From: Lama glama
Taxonomy: Eukaryota
Length of the DNA: 64,000 bases
Direction of reading: 5' to 3'
Assembly: GCA_028534125.1 (NCBI GenBank)
Contig: CM052825.1
Location: 6,634,001 to 6,698,000, forward strand
This document shows, piece by piece, positions 30,020 through 44,444 of this stretch (its first letter is position 1; every line of letters begins with the position of its first letter). Under the pieces are notes generated by a model, which searched no databases, was not told the origin of the DNA, and saw only the letters and a program-made list of their open reading frames with translations. A program made the translations under genes and the position numbers.

Positions 30020-30155
30020 GGGCTCGGCTTGTCTCTGCCACTGGACAGCTGTGTGGCCTTGGGCAGGTGACTAGACCTCTCTGTGTCTCAGTTTCTTCTT
30101 TAAAATAGGAAAAATAAAGTATTGTCTCCTAGACTCTAGGGAGTTTTAAATGAGT
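30020..30155 (+). mobile_element. MIR fragment
   Basis: ctctgccact...agctgtgtggccttgggcaggtgactagacctctctgtgtctcagtttc core. Confidence 0.75.
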
Positions 30156-33022
30156 TTGTTCAGGGTTTGCTGTCCTTGCAGCCTCTGGCACGACATGTCA
30201 TTTCTTCTTTTTTTTGGCATGACATGTCATTTCGTGTGCACCCGGAGAGCTACAGAGCAATGACTTGCACACAAGGAATGTCAGACCCCTGGCTCTAAAA
30301 CAGAGGTGTCCAGCATTCACTCCTTGAGTGGATTGTCACGTGAGAGCATCACCAATTGGCAGCGACACAAAGGGTCAGCTGCAGGGTGACCTGCACGCAG
30401 CTCTCCAGATTCCTGGCTTCCCCAAAACACTGTCCATCTTTGAAAGTTGCCCGTCCATCTGCCATTCCATGAAGTTGACCCAAAATCTTGAGCTTCAAGA
30501 ATAAGCCTGTAGGTCTTCACTCATTTGGGGCAATCTAGTTCGGATCCAGGCCACAATGCCTGGATGGATGTAGGGGTGCTGTCGGCACAGGTGAGTGGCA
30601 GCCGCATCTCGTCAGCTTCTCTCGGCCTCTTGGCCGGGACCCGCCCTCCGTGCTGGCAGGCCCCAACTCCCCGTGCGGAGGAGGCCCCGGCAGGCCCTGG
30701 CCACGGGCCTCTGGACACGTTTCTCTTTCCTGTAGATTTTCTTTGGAGAAGAGAACTTACGGTACGTTGGGCATGCAGTACAAGAAGCAAAAGTAGGTCA
30801 TAGGAGCAAACAAGGACTTGAGTTTTCAATGCTTTGGTTCCAGGGAAGGATGAAGAAGCTTAAATGCTTAAAAACCCTCAGGTGATTTTAAAAGGTGGAA
30901 AGAATAAAATGAAGAAACTCACGTATTTGCACCGTGGATGTGCCAAGCGCAGTGCTTTTAATCCCTGATCAGTAAGCGGAAGTGATTTCCCCCGTCTTAC
31001 AGATGCCCAGAGAGGAGAGGCAGTTTGCCCCTAGTCACGGAGGAGGTGGAGAAGCACACGAGGTCCTGCGACCAGAGGTCTTGCTGCCCTGGAGGGGTCT
31101 GCAGGACGCCTGGGTGCAGGCGAGCTGTCACTCAGCCCTGAGGACTTGGTCCCCCATGGTGGGTGAAGGGCTTGTCCCTGGAACTGCACTCAGAGAAGTC
31201 AAGGCCATGTTTCAAAACAAGGAACAAAACTGAGTGAAAACTATAAATGGACATATGTTTTAAAATCATATCCAAGATGAACAACTAACAGAAAGTCAGA
31301 TACCTCAGTGACCCTAGGAGGCATCCCTGCCGTTTCAGCCTGAGAGCTGGGCAGAGGGAAGGGAACCCAGCAACAGATCAGTGGCAGAGAGTCAGACCCA
31401 AGTTTATGAAGTTTTGTAACAGAGAGTGGATAACCCATCTGGCCTGTGACGCAGGGCCACGCTGCCTTGAAACCCCTTCCAGGCTGAAGCCAAGGAAAAT
31501 ACACACAGTGGCCCAGGGTTCCTTCCCTTACGAAGGGACAGCCCACCTGTCAGCTGCCAGAGGCCCTCAGCCAGCCCAGGACCCCCGGCCCAGCCCCCTG
31601 CAGACTGGCCCTTAGTCCACGGTCACGCTCTGGAGTGAGAAGCGGGTCGCAGAGAGAACGGAGCGAGCCAGGCAGCTTCCTTCACCGGCTTCATCTTGAT
31701 TTTGTGTTTTGTTCTTCCCTTTGGAACTGGATTCCTAAATATAGCCCGAGTCTGAATTGGCAGATGTTGGGTTTGTCCTTTACAAGAGGGCCAAAATTAG
31801 TCTGTCATTTGGCACCTAAATAAAGCAGCCAAACTGCCTTTGTACCAACTTTGCAACAAGGAGGGACTAAGCTTTTCAGTTGATTTCACTTGATAAGGAA
31901 ACTTTCTCAGCAGCCAGAGCAGCACCTCTGAAGCCAAAAGGCTGGGTCCAGAGAGATGTGCCTGCCCCACAGCCTACCTCCCCGTTCCCTGAGTTACGGT
32001 CAGTTTTCCTGCACATGGTTTAAATGCCTCTTGAAACTGGAAGAGGAGGATCAATACTCCTCAGAAATAGCATTTGGAGAGAACAGCAGTGGTGACTCTG
32101 ATTTGGGGAGGAAAAGAGCAATCCGTCCGGAGTGCCTGGAGCTGGGNNNNNNNNNNNNNNNNNNNNNNNNNNNNNNNNNNNNNNNNNNNNNNNNNNNNNN
32201 NNNNNNNNNNNNNNNNNNNNNNNNNNNNNNNNNNNNNNNNNNNNNNNNNNNNNNNNNNNNNNNNNNNNNNNNNNNNNNNNNNNNNNNNNNNNNNNNNNNN
32301 NNNNNNNNNNNNNNNNNNNNNNNNNNNNNNNNNNNNNNNNNNNNNNNNNNNNNNNNNNNNNNNNNNNNNNNNNNNNNNNNNNNNNNNNNNNNNNNNNNNN
32401 NNNNNNNNNNNNNNNNNNNNNNNNNNNNNNNNNNNNNNNNNNNNNNNNNNNNNNNNNNNNNNNNNNNNNNNNNNNNNNNAATGTACCTTAATAGCTTTTC
32501 TAATACCGTCGCATCCAACGAAAACGTCGCTTGGTTCTGCTCAGCACGGCCCAGGGCCCATGTAGGGCCAGATCAGTTCACTCACCTGCGTATTGGTGGG
32601 AAGCCAGGACGCAGCCCACCGCACTAGCACGTTCACCGGCTGTGATCAGCCGAGGATTCTCTAAGGAACATTCCGTCACAGCCCAGACATCCTCACCCTC
32701 ACGGCCGGCTGCCTGGCAGCGTTATTAAGGGGATGGGCTGCTCTTGGGGCAAATGCTCCAGCCTCCTCACAGATGGGCACCTCCCGAAGCCTGTTGTCCA
32801 CCAGGGGTCTGGGGGAAAGGAAGGCTTCTGAGCCGCAGGCCTAGAAGGCTTGGAAAGAAAACAATAGTCAAAACCACCTCTGAGCTCCTTCAACTCTTAG
32901 AAATCTGGGAAGATGAATTCCACTATTAGAATGGCGGTACGAGCTGCCTACCAGACAGTAGCGCTGCCGGGGAAGGACGGACGGGTTTGCCCAAAGCCAG
33001 AAAGGAACCCTGGAGAAAGAAG

Positions 33023-33056
33023 CACATGCACACGGGCACGCGAGTGCGCGGGCACG

Positions 33057-33089
<33 letters not shown>
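33023..33089. repeat. Compound (CG)n(CA)n alternating purine-pyrimidine tract
   Basis: ...gcacgcgcgcgcgcacacacacacacacacacacacacac. Confidence 0.95.
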
Positions 33090-36000
33090 TGATTAATCTT
33101 TGATTACACCAGAGCAATTTAACTAGAGGGTTTGTTTTTTCCCATCTCAGTAATATATATTTAGACTGTTTGTATGACATACATTTTCTCTTAATGCACA
33201 GGGACGCATTGATAAGTGTTCATACACACAGCTGGTTCGGTAATAAGGTTATTGAAGGTAATTCGAAAGCATTATTTCTAAGTCGGTGTGGATCTGCAGA
33301 AAAACTAGGAACAGGGCAAGCACTGCGCCCCTGAAGCAAAGCCGGCTACGCGTCCCGGGGTCGGCTCTGCAGCCTCGCCCAACAGAGAGTCCACTGCCAA
33401 AGCTGAATAGTGATGTAAGGTTTTTTGTTTTTAATATTCTCAGACTTCACTTTTGATGTATTTCCTTAAGAGCTTATAAAAGATACACAAGAAAAATAAT
33501 GAAAACCTGAGGGGGAGCAAATTTACACCTCGAATCCCCCACAGTGCCCACCCGCCACCCCTCAGGTGAGCGCTCCCCGGCTCAGGCGCACATCACCTGG
33601 GCAGCTTTCCCAGGTGCAGCTCAGAACTGCTAGGGTCGACTTTCCCAGTGTGGGGGGAAGCCATACCAAGAGTCAGGGAAGTGCCGGGTGGCACAGGATG
33701 GTGACTGATGGCAGGAGCCCCCCAGATGCCTGTCGCCTTCACATCCCCTGCGTCCCGTGCTGCGTGCCAGGCGAAGGTGACCCGCCGAGAACCCACGTCT
33801 GCCTCCTCCCTCGTGTGCCAACCTCCATCGTCAGCATCCCGCCAGACTCACGGGTTCGCCATCCCCGTCCCCTGTGATGAAACGCAGCCAACACTGAGCT
33901 CAGCCTTTTCTCCCCAGAACCGTTCTCCCTCTGGCGTTCCTTTTGAAAGCGCCACCGTCTCCATGGTCACCTGACCGGGGGGAACCTGGATTCCTGTCCC
34001 TCTTACAACTCCTCCCAAGCACGCGCGCACACGTTTCCTAAGCATCTCTGGGTTTCCTTCTTTCTTTTCCCGCAGCCCGACCCTGGCCCAGATCTCAGAT
34101 CACCTCTTTATCTATAGTACAGCCAGAACCCTCTCTCCTGATCACATGTCCGGCTGGGGCCCTCCCCTCCTTCAGTCCCTTCCCTGGGTTAGAGTCCCAC
34201 CTTCTTAGTGTGTGACCCGCCCCCCCTCTTCTCTTTCTTGTTCCCTCCCCCTCAGCCTGAGCTCCAGTGTCACAGCGTCTCTGGGACAGCAACTTGCTCA
34301 GTGATGTCTGCCTGGCTCCCCAGGTGCCTCTACCTCCAAGTACCCTGCTTGGCACTTTCAGGGCTCCTTTACTGAATAAAAGGCAGGCCCTCTTTTCAAG
34401 TGGCTTGGAAGTCAAGCTTGGGGAGATCAGCTAGAAATGGCATAAGTTAAATAGAAACAAGTTTTTTTAAACAAGTTTTCTTTGTTAATAAATAAACTAC
34501 TTTGGCTTCTAAGTCACTGTAAGAGTTCCTTAGGCAGACTTGAAGAAAAATGTTCACCTCCTATCTCATTTTTACTATTGAAACGAAAAGATATCTGATA
34601 GGTTTGCTGAGATTTTCGGTGAAGCCAGATGCCACCACCTCTTCGGGGGTGGGCTTTCCCGGGACAGGGCAGACCCGCCCGGGCCCCTGGGGGTGGGGTC
34701 AGGGGCAGGGAGGCCCCTCCCCTTTCTCCATCGCTGGCATCAGGTGCAGGCCCTCGCATAGAAGGCTGTTTGTGGTGGGGCCACTTTGGGTGCTCTAATG
34801 TGCCTTGGTATATTGTTAGGTTGCTTTTGTTCCTTTCTAGTTGGGAAATGTCTGGGCTGTGGTAGGAGGGGTATGGAAGCCCCTGTGTGTCTGTGATGGC
34901 TGTCAAAGTACCCACGGACTTTAAGTCCCCGCTAATCAGTCAAAAGACCACTCATAGTGAGAAGCAAGAGTCCACATGTCTACGTTGGCTGTGTCAAATG
35001 GGGATACGTGGCTGGAGAAATAGTGCGGGTGGTCCTGATAGGGCCATGCGTATCTGCCCAGAGACTCAGAGTCGGGAGTCATCAACGCCACCAGCTGGGG
35101 AAAGGTTCGGTGCTCGGGGATGTCAGAGAGCGGGGCTCACGTCACTGTGTGGCATTAAAATACAGGAGGACAAATTAGGCTGCTCTTCACCTTTGACGCA
35201 CAGAAGCTCATTATTCCTAAAGAGGCCCATCAGCCGCAGACCCCCAGGTTGGGGGGTCTCTTTGGAGACCATATGCGCCCACGAGAGTCCCCACGTGTCG
35301 GCTCAGTCTCGGTGTCCCCGTCACCATCCCCACATCTGAACTTGGCTAGGGAGCATGGCGGGCCGGTGGTCACCCTGCAGTGGCTCCTGAAGCTGTCATC
35401 ACTGTCAGCTGGAAAGGCCCTCAAGCTTCGCAGGGTCCTTCCAGGCCACCAGAGCCCCTACTGGACCAAGGATGCCAGCACCAGGCATTCCAGAACCTCT
35501 GCACGTCCTCGCACAGCCGCGCCAGTCTCCGACCGGGGCGCCTGTCCCCCCTCGGGGCCCATCTCCATCTGCCTCCCCGCACTCTCTTCCTCTGCTCTCT
35601 GAGTTCCTCCCTCCCTCATTCAAGTTCACATGCGCCAGGCCGTGACCCTGCTGCTCCCCCGGCCTCCTCTCTCCAGTCTTCCACACTTGTCTGTCTTTGT
35701 AGTCACTTGGAATTTCCTGGCTTGGCACGGGCTCGGAGCCTAAACTGTGGCCGTAATGANNNNNNNNNNNNNNNNNNNNNNNNNNNNNNNNNNNNNNNNN
35801 NNNNNNNNNNNNNNNNNNNNNNNNNNNNNNNNNNNNNNNNNNNNNNNNNNNNNNNNNNNNNNNNNNNNNNNNNNNNNNNNNNNNNNNNNNNNNNNNNNNN
35901 NNNNNNNNNNNNNNNNNNNNNNNNNNNNNNNNNNNNNNNNNNNNNNNNNNNNNNNCTGTTTTTTGCACAGTGGGGAGATAATAAGAAATGACTTTATCCT

Positions 36001-38324
36001 GACTGCTCAAATGAACACTAAATGGAATTTGGGTTATTATTACTGCAGATTGAGGGCTGGGTATGGAAATTTAAACAGAGGATCGGATAAACTGCAGAGA
36101 GATTTGTCTCTGAAAATTACGGCGGGTGCGCATTTTCAATTGGCTTCTGTTGAAAACTTAAGGCAGCTGTTGTTTGCCTGCTGTTTGGGGGATATGGTAT
36201 TTTTCATAATCCTTTTATGTAAGTTCCTGAGAGCGTTGGTCTTTCCGAGGCCCTGAGTCCCTGTTGTGCTTTCTGCATCTTACTCTCCGGGCCACTCTTC
36301 TGCAAGATGCAAAGCCTCCCCCCCAAAATTAATCCACAGATCACTTTTTAAATGTAACCCCTTACTTCTGCTGTCAGAGTTGGATAGATGGACTGTGTAG
36401 CTGGGCTTTTCACGCAGATTACCCATTTTCAGTTGTCCCAGTCCTGCAGGCTGCAGACCCCTTGAAAGCAAGGTTTGTACCTAATTTCTCTTATGCCCGC
36501 TGCCGAGTAGAGTGCAGGACACAGAGCAGGTGCTTTAAAAATGTGTGAATGAGAGAGAGACTGAATGAAGGCAGGCAGCCTGTTGTGATGCCACAGTGAC
36601 TGGCCGGTGGAGGCCTTCCACCCTGAGCTGGTCAGATCCTCGCTCCACCCGTGCGCCCTGGGCCAAGTCACGCTCCCTGTCGGAGCCCCGGTTTCCTGGC
36701 CAGGAGCACGAGGTTTCTATTTCCACCGCAGGACTGTTATGAGAACTGAATGAACAGTGTGCGAGTGCCCTTCAGACGAGGTTCTAAGTGCGTTTTGGTT
36801 CCCTCCTCACCCCAGCAGCGGGCTGGCTCTTGGGCCTCGCCATGGCGTCCTGGAGGTTCACACGCGTTGATCCGTGGAGTGTAGAGAGACAGTGTCCTGG
36901 AAGGTGGCCCAGTCACTCTGCCACTAACGGCCACACGGGTGCAGGGGGTGCGGGCACCACCGGGACATGCAGGTGGGCTGTTTAGAATACAGAACGTCTG
37001 ACGGGTTCCTGGCTGTACATCTCTGGGCACGACATCTTATCTCTGCCCAGTGAGGGAGATGGACGTGCCTACCTCACACTGTAAGGCGGTGAGGGCGAAG
37101 CGGTTCGTTCCCGTCAGCCTCAGCGCACATGGTGAGAGCACTTAAGCAGGAGATGCTGCTACACGTGATGACAGAGCAGGGTTTCTTAGTACCATGTCCC
37201 CCTTCTCCCCAGGATGTCCCTGCCGCAGGGCACCCCCTCTCGGAATGACACTCCACGCACCGAGTAGCCCGGGCAGAACCAGAGTACTTCTCCCCGCCCC
37301 TCTGCCCGCCCTCTTCAAGCCACCATCTGGCCCCTACTCTGAGCGGCCTCCCGGTCCCCGCCATGCTGTTGGCAAGTTCATTCTCTGTACAGAAGCAACA
37401 GTGAAATTGTTTACTTTCTTACTCTTTGATGTTAGATCTATATTATTTCAAACATGACCTTACAGAATAACTCAGCCACCTGCCTACGTACCCATCACCC
37501 AACTTGAACCTTAACCTTTGGTCGTAATTCAATCCTGTATTTTTGAAAGAAATAAAACATTAGCCTCTCCCTAATCTCATTCTTCCTAGAAGTCAGCTGC
37601 CGTCACCCTGACTTTCCACATTATCATTCCTGCATGTGATTTTACACCCTCACCACGTGTCTAAGAGCCACATGCAGCTTACAGCGCGTGCAGGCTCTCA
37701 GCTTCGTTCTGCACCTTGCTTCGCAGGCTCACCCTTACACTCTGGGTGCTGGTACGTGTGGCTCCTGACTCTCTCGCCACTGTTTACAGGACGTGGTGTA
37801 TTGTATGAATGGGCCCTGGCTCCTGACTACACAAAAATTAAAACAGACACCTTAGCCAGTTCAAAGGCCCTGCACAACCCAGCCCCTGGGGACCTCTCTC
37901 GTATTCTTGCTACACTCAATTTTATGGATGCCTCAAACCCATCTGGTGTCTGGAACAATCTACCTCCCTTCTTCCTCATTCCTATTTCTCCCAGCTTAGC
38001 TGGCTAATTCCCTGTTCGTGCCTGAAGTCCCCCTGAAATGTCACTCTCCCAGGGGGTCTCTGCTCCCCAGGCCACATCAGTGTCCCCACCCCCTGCTTTG
38101 TGTGCCCATCTCCCCGTCTGTCTCCCATCAGAACATTCATCATCCTTGAGGAACTTCTGTTCAACAGCCACTTTCCCTACAAGGTGTGAGCTCCAAGCAG
38201 GCGGGGGTCACCTCTGGCCGGTTCACTGCCGTAATCCCACTGGCCTGCCTCAACAGATTTAGGGAACGAGAGAAAGAATGATGGAATAATGCATCTTCAT
38301 TCTGCTGGCACTTTTGTCCTAGGT

Positions 38325-38565
38325 AAGTTGGTATTGAAGTGTAATTCACATATAGTGACATTCACTCTTCACTCGTCAAAGTGTTCCATGCGTGTTGGTA
38401 ATCAAGATACAGAATAATTCCATCATCTTCCCCAAATTCCCTCGTGCCCCTCTGTAGTCAGCTCCTGCCCCTCGCTTCTAGCAACACCGATCTGTTTTCT
38501 GTCCCTATAGTTTGACCTTTTCCAGAATGTCATCTAAATGGTATCACACGAGATGTAGCCGTTGA
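38325..38565 (-). mobile_element. Old L1M 3'-end fragment
   Basis: tattgaagtgtaattcacata...gcaacaccgatctgttttctgtccctatagttttgaccttttccagaatgtcat.taaatgg is a typical L1MB/MC 3' UTR segment. Confidence 0.8.
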
Positions 38566-41324
38566 GCCTGTCCCCGGCATCTCAGTCTTGTGCCCGGGAC
38601 TGTGGAAGCAGCAGCAATAAATCACGCATGTAGGGGACCGTTACATAGACAAGTATGTTCCAGTACAGTTTAATACCTACTCTCTTTTTTTTAAACATCA
38701 AATTCAGATTTACTTAGCACTGACCATGTCTCACTACAGCCCTGTCTACATTTTTCAGATGAGGAAACCAGGATGTTCCAGGAGGTTAAGAATCTCATAC
38801 AAGCTGGCACAGCCAGCTCGTCGAGGTGGCCCCCATCCCCAGTCTCAGTGCCCTAGTGCCAAGCCCAGGGCTCCTCCTTTTTCTCTTGTTTAAGTTATTT
38901 TTAATTACACAGAGAGCCTAAAGCCTTGTTCTTTCCAAAAGTATTGTTTTAACCAGAGGTTTCCACTTGCTAATTTTTGGAAAAGGAAAGTAATATTTCT
39001 CCTTCTCTGTTGACTATGTCTCTTCTTCTGTCTTGTAAGCCATGGGCACCTGTCCTCCTGGCACCGAGGGGCCCAGCCTCCTCGCCAGGGGGCAGTGGGA
39101 GCTGGTTGATGGGTTTGGTTTTGTGTTGCTTTCCAGAAATAGCTTTCTAGAGAAATGAGAATGACTCTCTCCAATGTGATGTTCTGAGCACACAGACTCG
39201 TGGTGTGTCCAGCGGTCCCATTTCCTGTTGTATCTGTCCCGGTATCTCCAAAAACATGGGCCAGTCCTCTCAGTGAGTGACCTGAGAGCACGTGTGTCTG
39301 TCGGTGAACAGTTGTCACTCATCTGGTACAGTTTAGACACAGGCTTAGAGCAGAGGCGCAGATACAAGGCACCTGGTACGTCTCAAGGCCCAGTGGGGTC
39401 TCGTTCTTGGGGGTCTGCCTCTGTCTGCAGTCACGGTCGGGAGCCCAGAGGGACACCAGTAATGTGCGTCACACACCTCTGCTCAGTTCTCTCGGGGGGT
39501 TTCCTGACAAAAATGCGTGTGAGTGTCTTGCTGAGAATGCCTGGAAGGGAAAAATGCCTCCCCATGAGTTATTCAGGGGGACCCACCTACACCTGCGCCC
39601 AGAACAAAACAGGGATGGCGCTCGGGCAGCAGCACCTCACGGTGTGTTCTCCAGGCAGCCATGATTCTGACCTTGCTGTGGGTTAAAGGACACCAACCCG
39701 AGAAGGAATCTGTTTATCATGTGGGGGATTCATGCCATCCTTGACAGGATACGGTGAGCAAGATGGATGGTCTGCCAAATTGGTCCTTCGCATGGGTGAA
39801 TCAGGGCAAATTTACAGTACAATTCCTTTGCTGCTTCAGATACAAAAATAACATTTGCTGGGTTTTATATCCAGTTGTATGATGACCTGGAGGTGAGCAG
39901 AGAGAAGAAATCCGATTTGTAGGATTCGCATTGCCTTTAAGATTTATATGGACCATTTCTGCCATTTACGTCTGTCTCTTTTACATCTTTCACAAACCAG
40001 TGTTTTGTCTGTTTTTAACCTGATTTTCCAGGTTGAGGACACAGCTTTATGTGATGGTGAAACTCTGTTCCAGTTTAGGACAATGGATGAATTTATCGGT
40101 TGAATTGCAGTTGTTTTATTTGGGATTTTTATCTTTGTCGGTATTTATACAAAATATCCCTTGTACTTGGAATACGCGTTCCATCCTCTCGAGTTCAGAA
40201 TAGGTTGTTATCCTGGATAGAATGTGTCCCGCAAAGGACACTCCAGTTACATGGTCAGTTGAAATTCAGTTATTACTTAGAGTTAAATTTTGTTTAGTCA
40301 GGTAATGAGTATTTTGGCGGCCACCCGTGTGTTTTCTTTGGGATTTTATCTTTGTAGGTATTTATACAAAACATGTGGTAATGTTCACTGCGTGGCCTGG
40401 CCTCTGAGTTTTCTGCCCCGGGGGCATAGAACCCACATGACAGCGCCTGACCTGGCCCCTCACGCGTGGCACTGTGGGGTCTCACCGTGCGCCGTGCCTG
40501 GTGGGAGCAGGGGTGGGGGGAGATCTCACCCAGACACTGAGCCAAAAATAGGTTTCCCTTGTGGGTAGGGCCGCAGTGCGAGATCACTTTGCATTTTCCT
40601 CCTGGACATTCTTTCTCTATTTGGAAATTAAGAAACGGCCAAAACCTTTATTCCAGGCACCCCAAAACTAGAATGGATGTCAGGGTGATGCTAACAGAGA
40701 GGCAGAAGGGACCACTCCAACAGAGCACAGGTGGCACTCCCCACCAGGCACCTGCAGCAAGACAGGAGAAAGGAGAGCGTGGAGACCTGGCTGCCGCTGC
40801 TGTGGCAGGGGCAGCGTGGTGTAGGCGAGCAAAGAGCGGCGCTTTCAGAGGCACGTCCTGGGGTCTGAAGAGAGCAGGGCGGCGCTCCTCTTCTGTGGGT
40901 TCCCTCCAGGGCGGGCGCCGTGGAGCCTCCTGGAATCACAGGGAGAACTGACCCGGGTCCCAGCTCAGCTCGAGGCCTGGGACTCGCAGCCGAGGCTTCA
41001 GGCCTCTTCTTCGAGGGTCTTCATCACTGGGGTGACCACACCATAGACAGTCCTCACTGAAAGTAATTTGTCCGTTTTGTGTTAGAAATTATGGACAAAA
41101 AAGTATGCAGATTATATTCTAGCCAAGGTGCTTCTGAATTACAGAATTATGGGGTTCCCCTGGAAGAAAACAGGAGCGTGAGAGCATATGATTAATAGGA
41201 CATATTTTTTAACAGGATGCCCTTTATTGAGCCTTCAGAAACCTGTTGAAACCCCTCGTTTTCCTACTATTGCTGTTAGTTTTTATTTTTTAATACAGAA
41301 CATGAGAGGTTTCTTCTCAGTTAA

Positions 41325-41897
<573 letters not shown>

Positions 41898-43703
41898 TAG
41901 AAAGAACCTAAAAGTCCTCCAGTTGTCAACGCTAAGGGTTCACAGCAGGCTAGAGTTCCCAGGTCAGCCCCACCCGGCCAGGCCAGGCGCTCTGACCACC
42001 CAGTGGAGCCCCAGGTCCTCAGGGGGCAGAGCCGGGTGGCACCGGCAGGGGCCTGGCAGCATCTGGATGGCGTTGTGGAAGAGCCCGACAGACAGGGTCA
42101 AGTTTGCTGGGAAGACACATCAGCGATCTAAGGGGTGAAACTTCCCCAGCAAGCAGGTGACTCCCTCCTCCTGGAGCAGGAGCTTCCAGAAAAGCCTCCA
42201 CGGCAGCGTCACCCTGGATTTCGAGATGAGAAGCAGGCTTGTGGCTGCTCCAGCGGGTCTTGGCTTCTCCAGGAAAGAGGCGGCCTCCCTTCCCTCTGAG
42301 AAGAGTAATAGACACAAAGGGGGCCAAATTATGGCTGAATAAGGCAACTGGTCAAGACCCAGGCATCCTCTTAACCTTTGACCTGGTCATGGGGTGTCCA
42401 TGGGTCAACCCCTTAAAAGTCACACGCAGAACGTGTCTGTGCACATTTTAAAGGGTGAGGGCCGGTAGATTTCTTCAGGTTCTCAAATGGGTCTGTGACT
42501 CCAAAACAATTGAGAGCCACTGCTGTGAAACCTCTAAAAGTAAAACAAATAATTTTCCAAGAATAATCACTTGATTTTCCCCCCCATGCAATTGGGTGGG
42601 TCAAGCAGATAGTAACTAGCTGTTCATATATATCACTTTCCTGAACATAACAAGCTCCTTGGAATGAAGTGAGATTTGCCTACCAGATTAGAATTGGGTA
42701 AAATTAAAACAGCCACAACAAAAAACTGGTCAAGACCTACGATGTCTTTAGGCTAAATTAAGAGTTTGAGAAGCAGAGAAACCATAGGTTTACAAAATCA
42801 GTAAATGTACCTCTCACTTTAAATGACTGATACCAAAAAAATTTAATTTCTCAAATCCAAAGCTTCCCCTGCAGTAAACTTTTAGTTGGAGTCCTGCTTT
42901 TTACAAGGCAGTGTTCCCCTGTCTTAACCACCACCCTGTGAGCACAGGCAGGGGTGCCTCCCTCTCACAGGTGCAGGGCGTGAGCCGTCACCCACAGTCC
43001 CCTGCACTGAGGGGCAGAGCCGGGGTCGTGTTCTAGACACTTCATGGAACCCGGCACTGGCCTCCGTGGTCCCGGCCTGCGTTTCCACTCAGCAGTCTTG
43101 TTCAGTGAAGTTCTCCCGTCAGGTCCTTCAGGTTGTGTCTGGTTCCCATTTGTACTTTTAAAAGTGGTGGCCCCTCTTCACCTGCAGCTGAATAGCACTC
43201 AGAGAAGAGAAATTTCCTTTTGAAGCCTCTGACGAACACTGCAGACCATCACCGCTGTGCCCTGCAGAGCGAAATACCCTCTGATCAGCTTAGGGAGCGG
43301 GCCTCTGGCCGCGGCCTCAGAGGAGGGGGTCTTGGTCCACTTTGAGCTCCAGTCAGCAAAAGCTGCTTGGATGGCGGGGACAGATTTTAGAATCAGAAAT
43401 GGCCTGCTTTTCAGAAAAACAGAGCTGAGGAGCTTTATCTCCTGCTCTTTCCTGCTGTGACCTTGGGTCAAGTGGCCTGTTTTCTCAGCAAGACCTGATA
43501 ACGTTGCTAATGGCGAAAGGAGCCGGTGCAGACAGCCCTGCGGTTTGGGTTGTGAAGGAGAGGTCTCCCACGTGCTACTTAACCTCCTGAGCTCGGGTAT
43601 GGGGCGAACCACCTCTGATGAACGCTGCAGGTGTTATCCAGGCCTCCGTTCATCTGAAGCCCAAAGGCTTTTTTGAGAGAAACCTTGTGTGTCAGCAGAA
43701 TGA

Positions 43704-44129
<426 letters not shown>

Positions 44130-44444
44130 TAGAAACGCGTGGTTGCTTTCAAAGCCTTCACACCGAGCTGATGAGGGACATTGATCCGTGACCAAGGGAC
44201 TATAAGGCAGGGCAAAGGATTTTTTTGACAGTCATCCACCGATGAGTACCTAAAGGACTGGGAAGATTTGTGGCTTTCTCTGCCTAGCAGCCTGAACCCA
44301 AAGACATTTAGCACCTAGAGGCACTTCGATAATTCCTCAGTCGCCCTGGCGGCCAGTGTATCTTTCTCTTCTTAATGAGAGTAAGGCCACTGAGTGTTGG
44401 TTCCTTTGTTGTCTTTTCTTCTGTTGGGTGAGTGAGGTATTACA

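Noticed and set aside
31956-32627. 223-aa ORF and other ORFs spanning N-runs
   Set aside because: Their length is an artefact of Ns being translated as X without stops.
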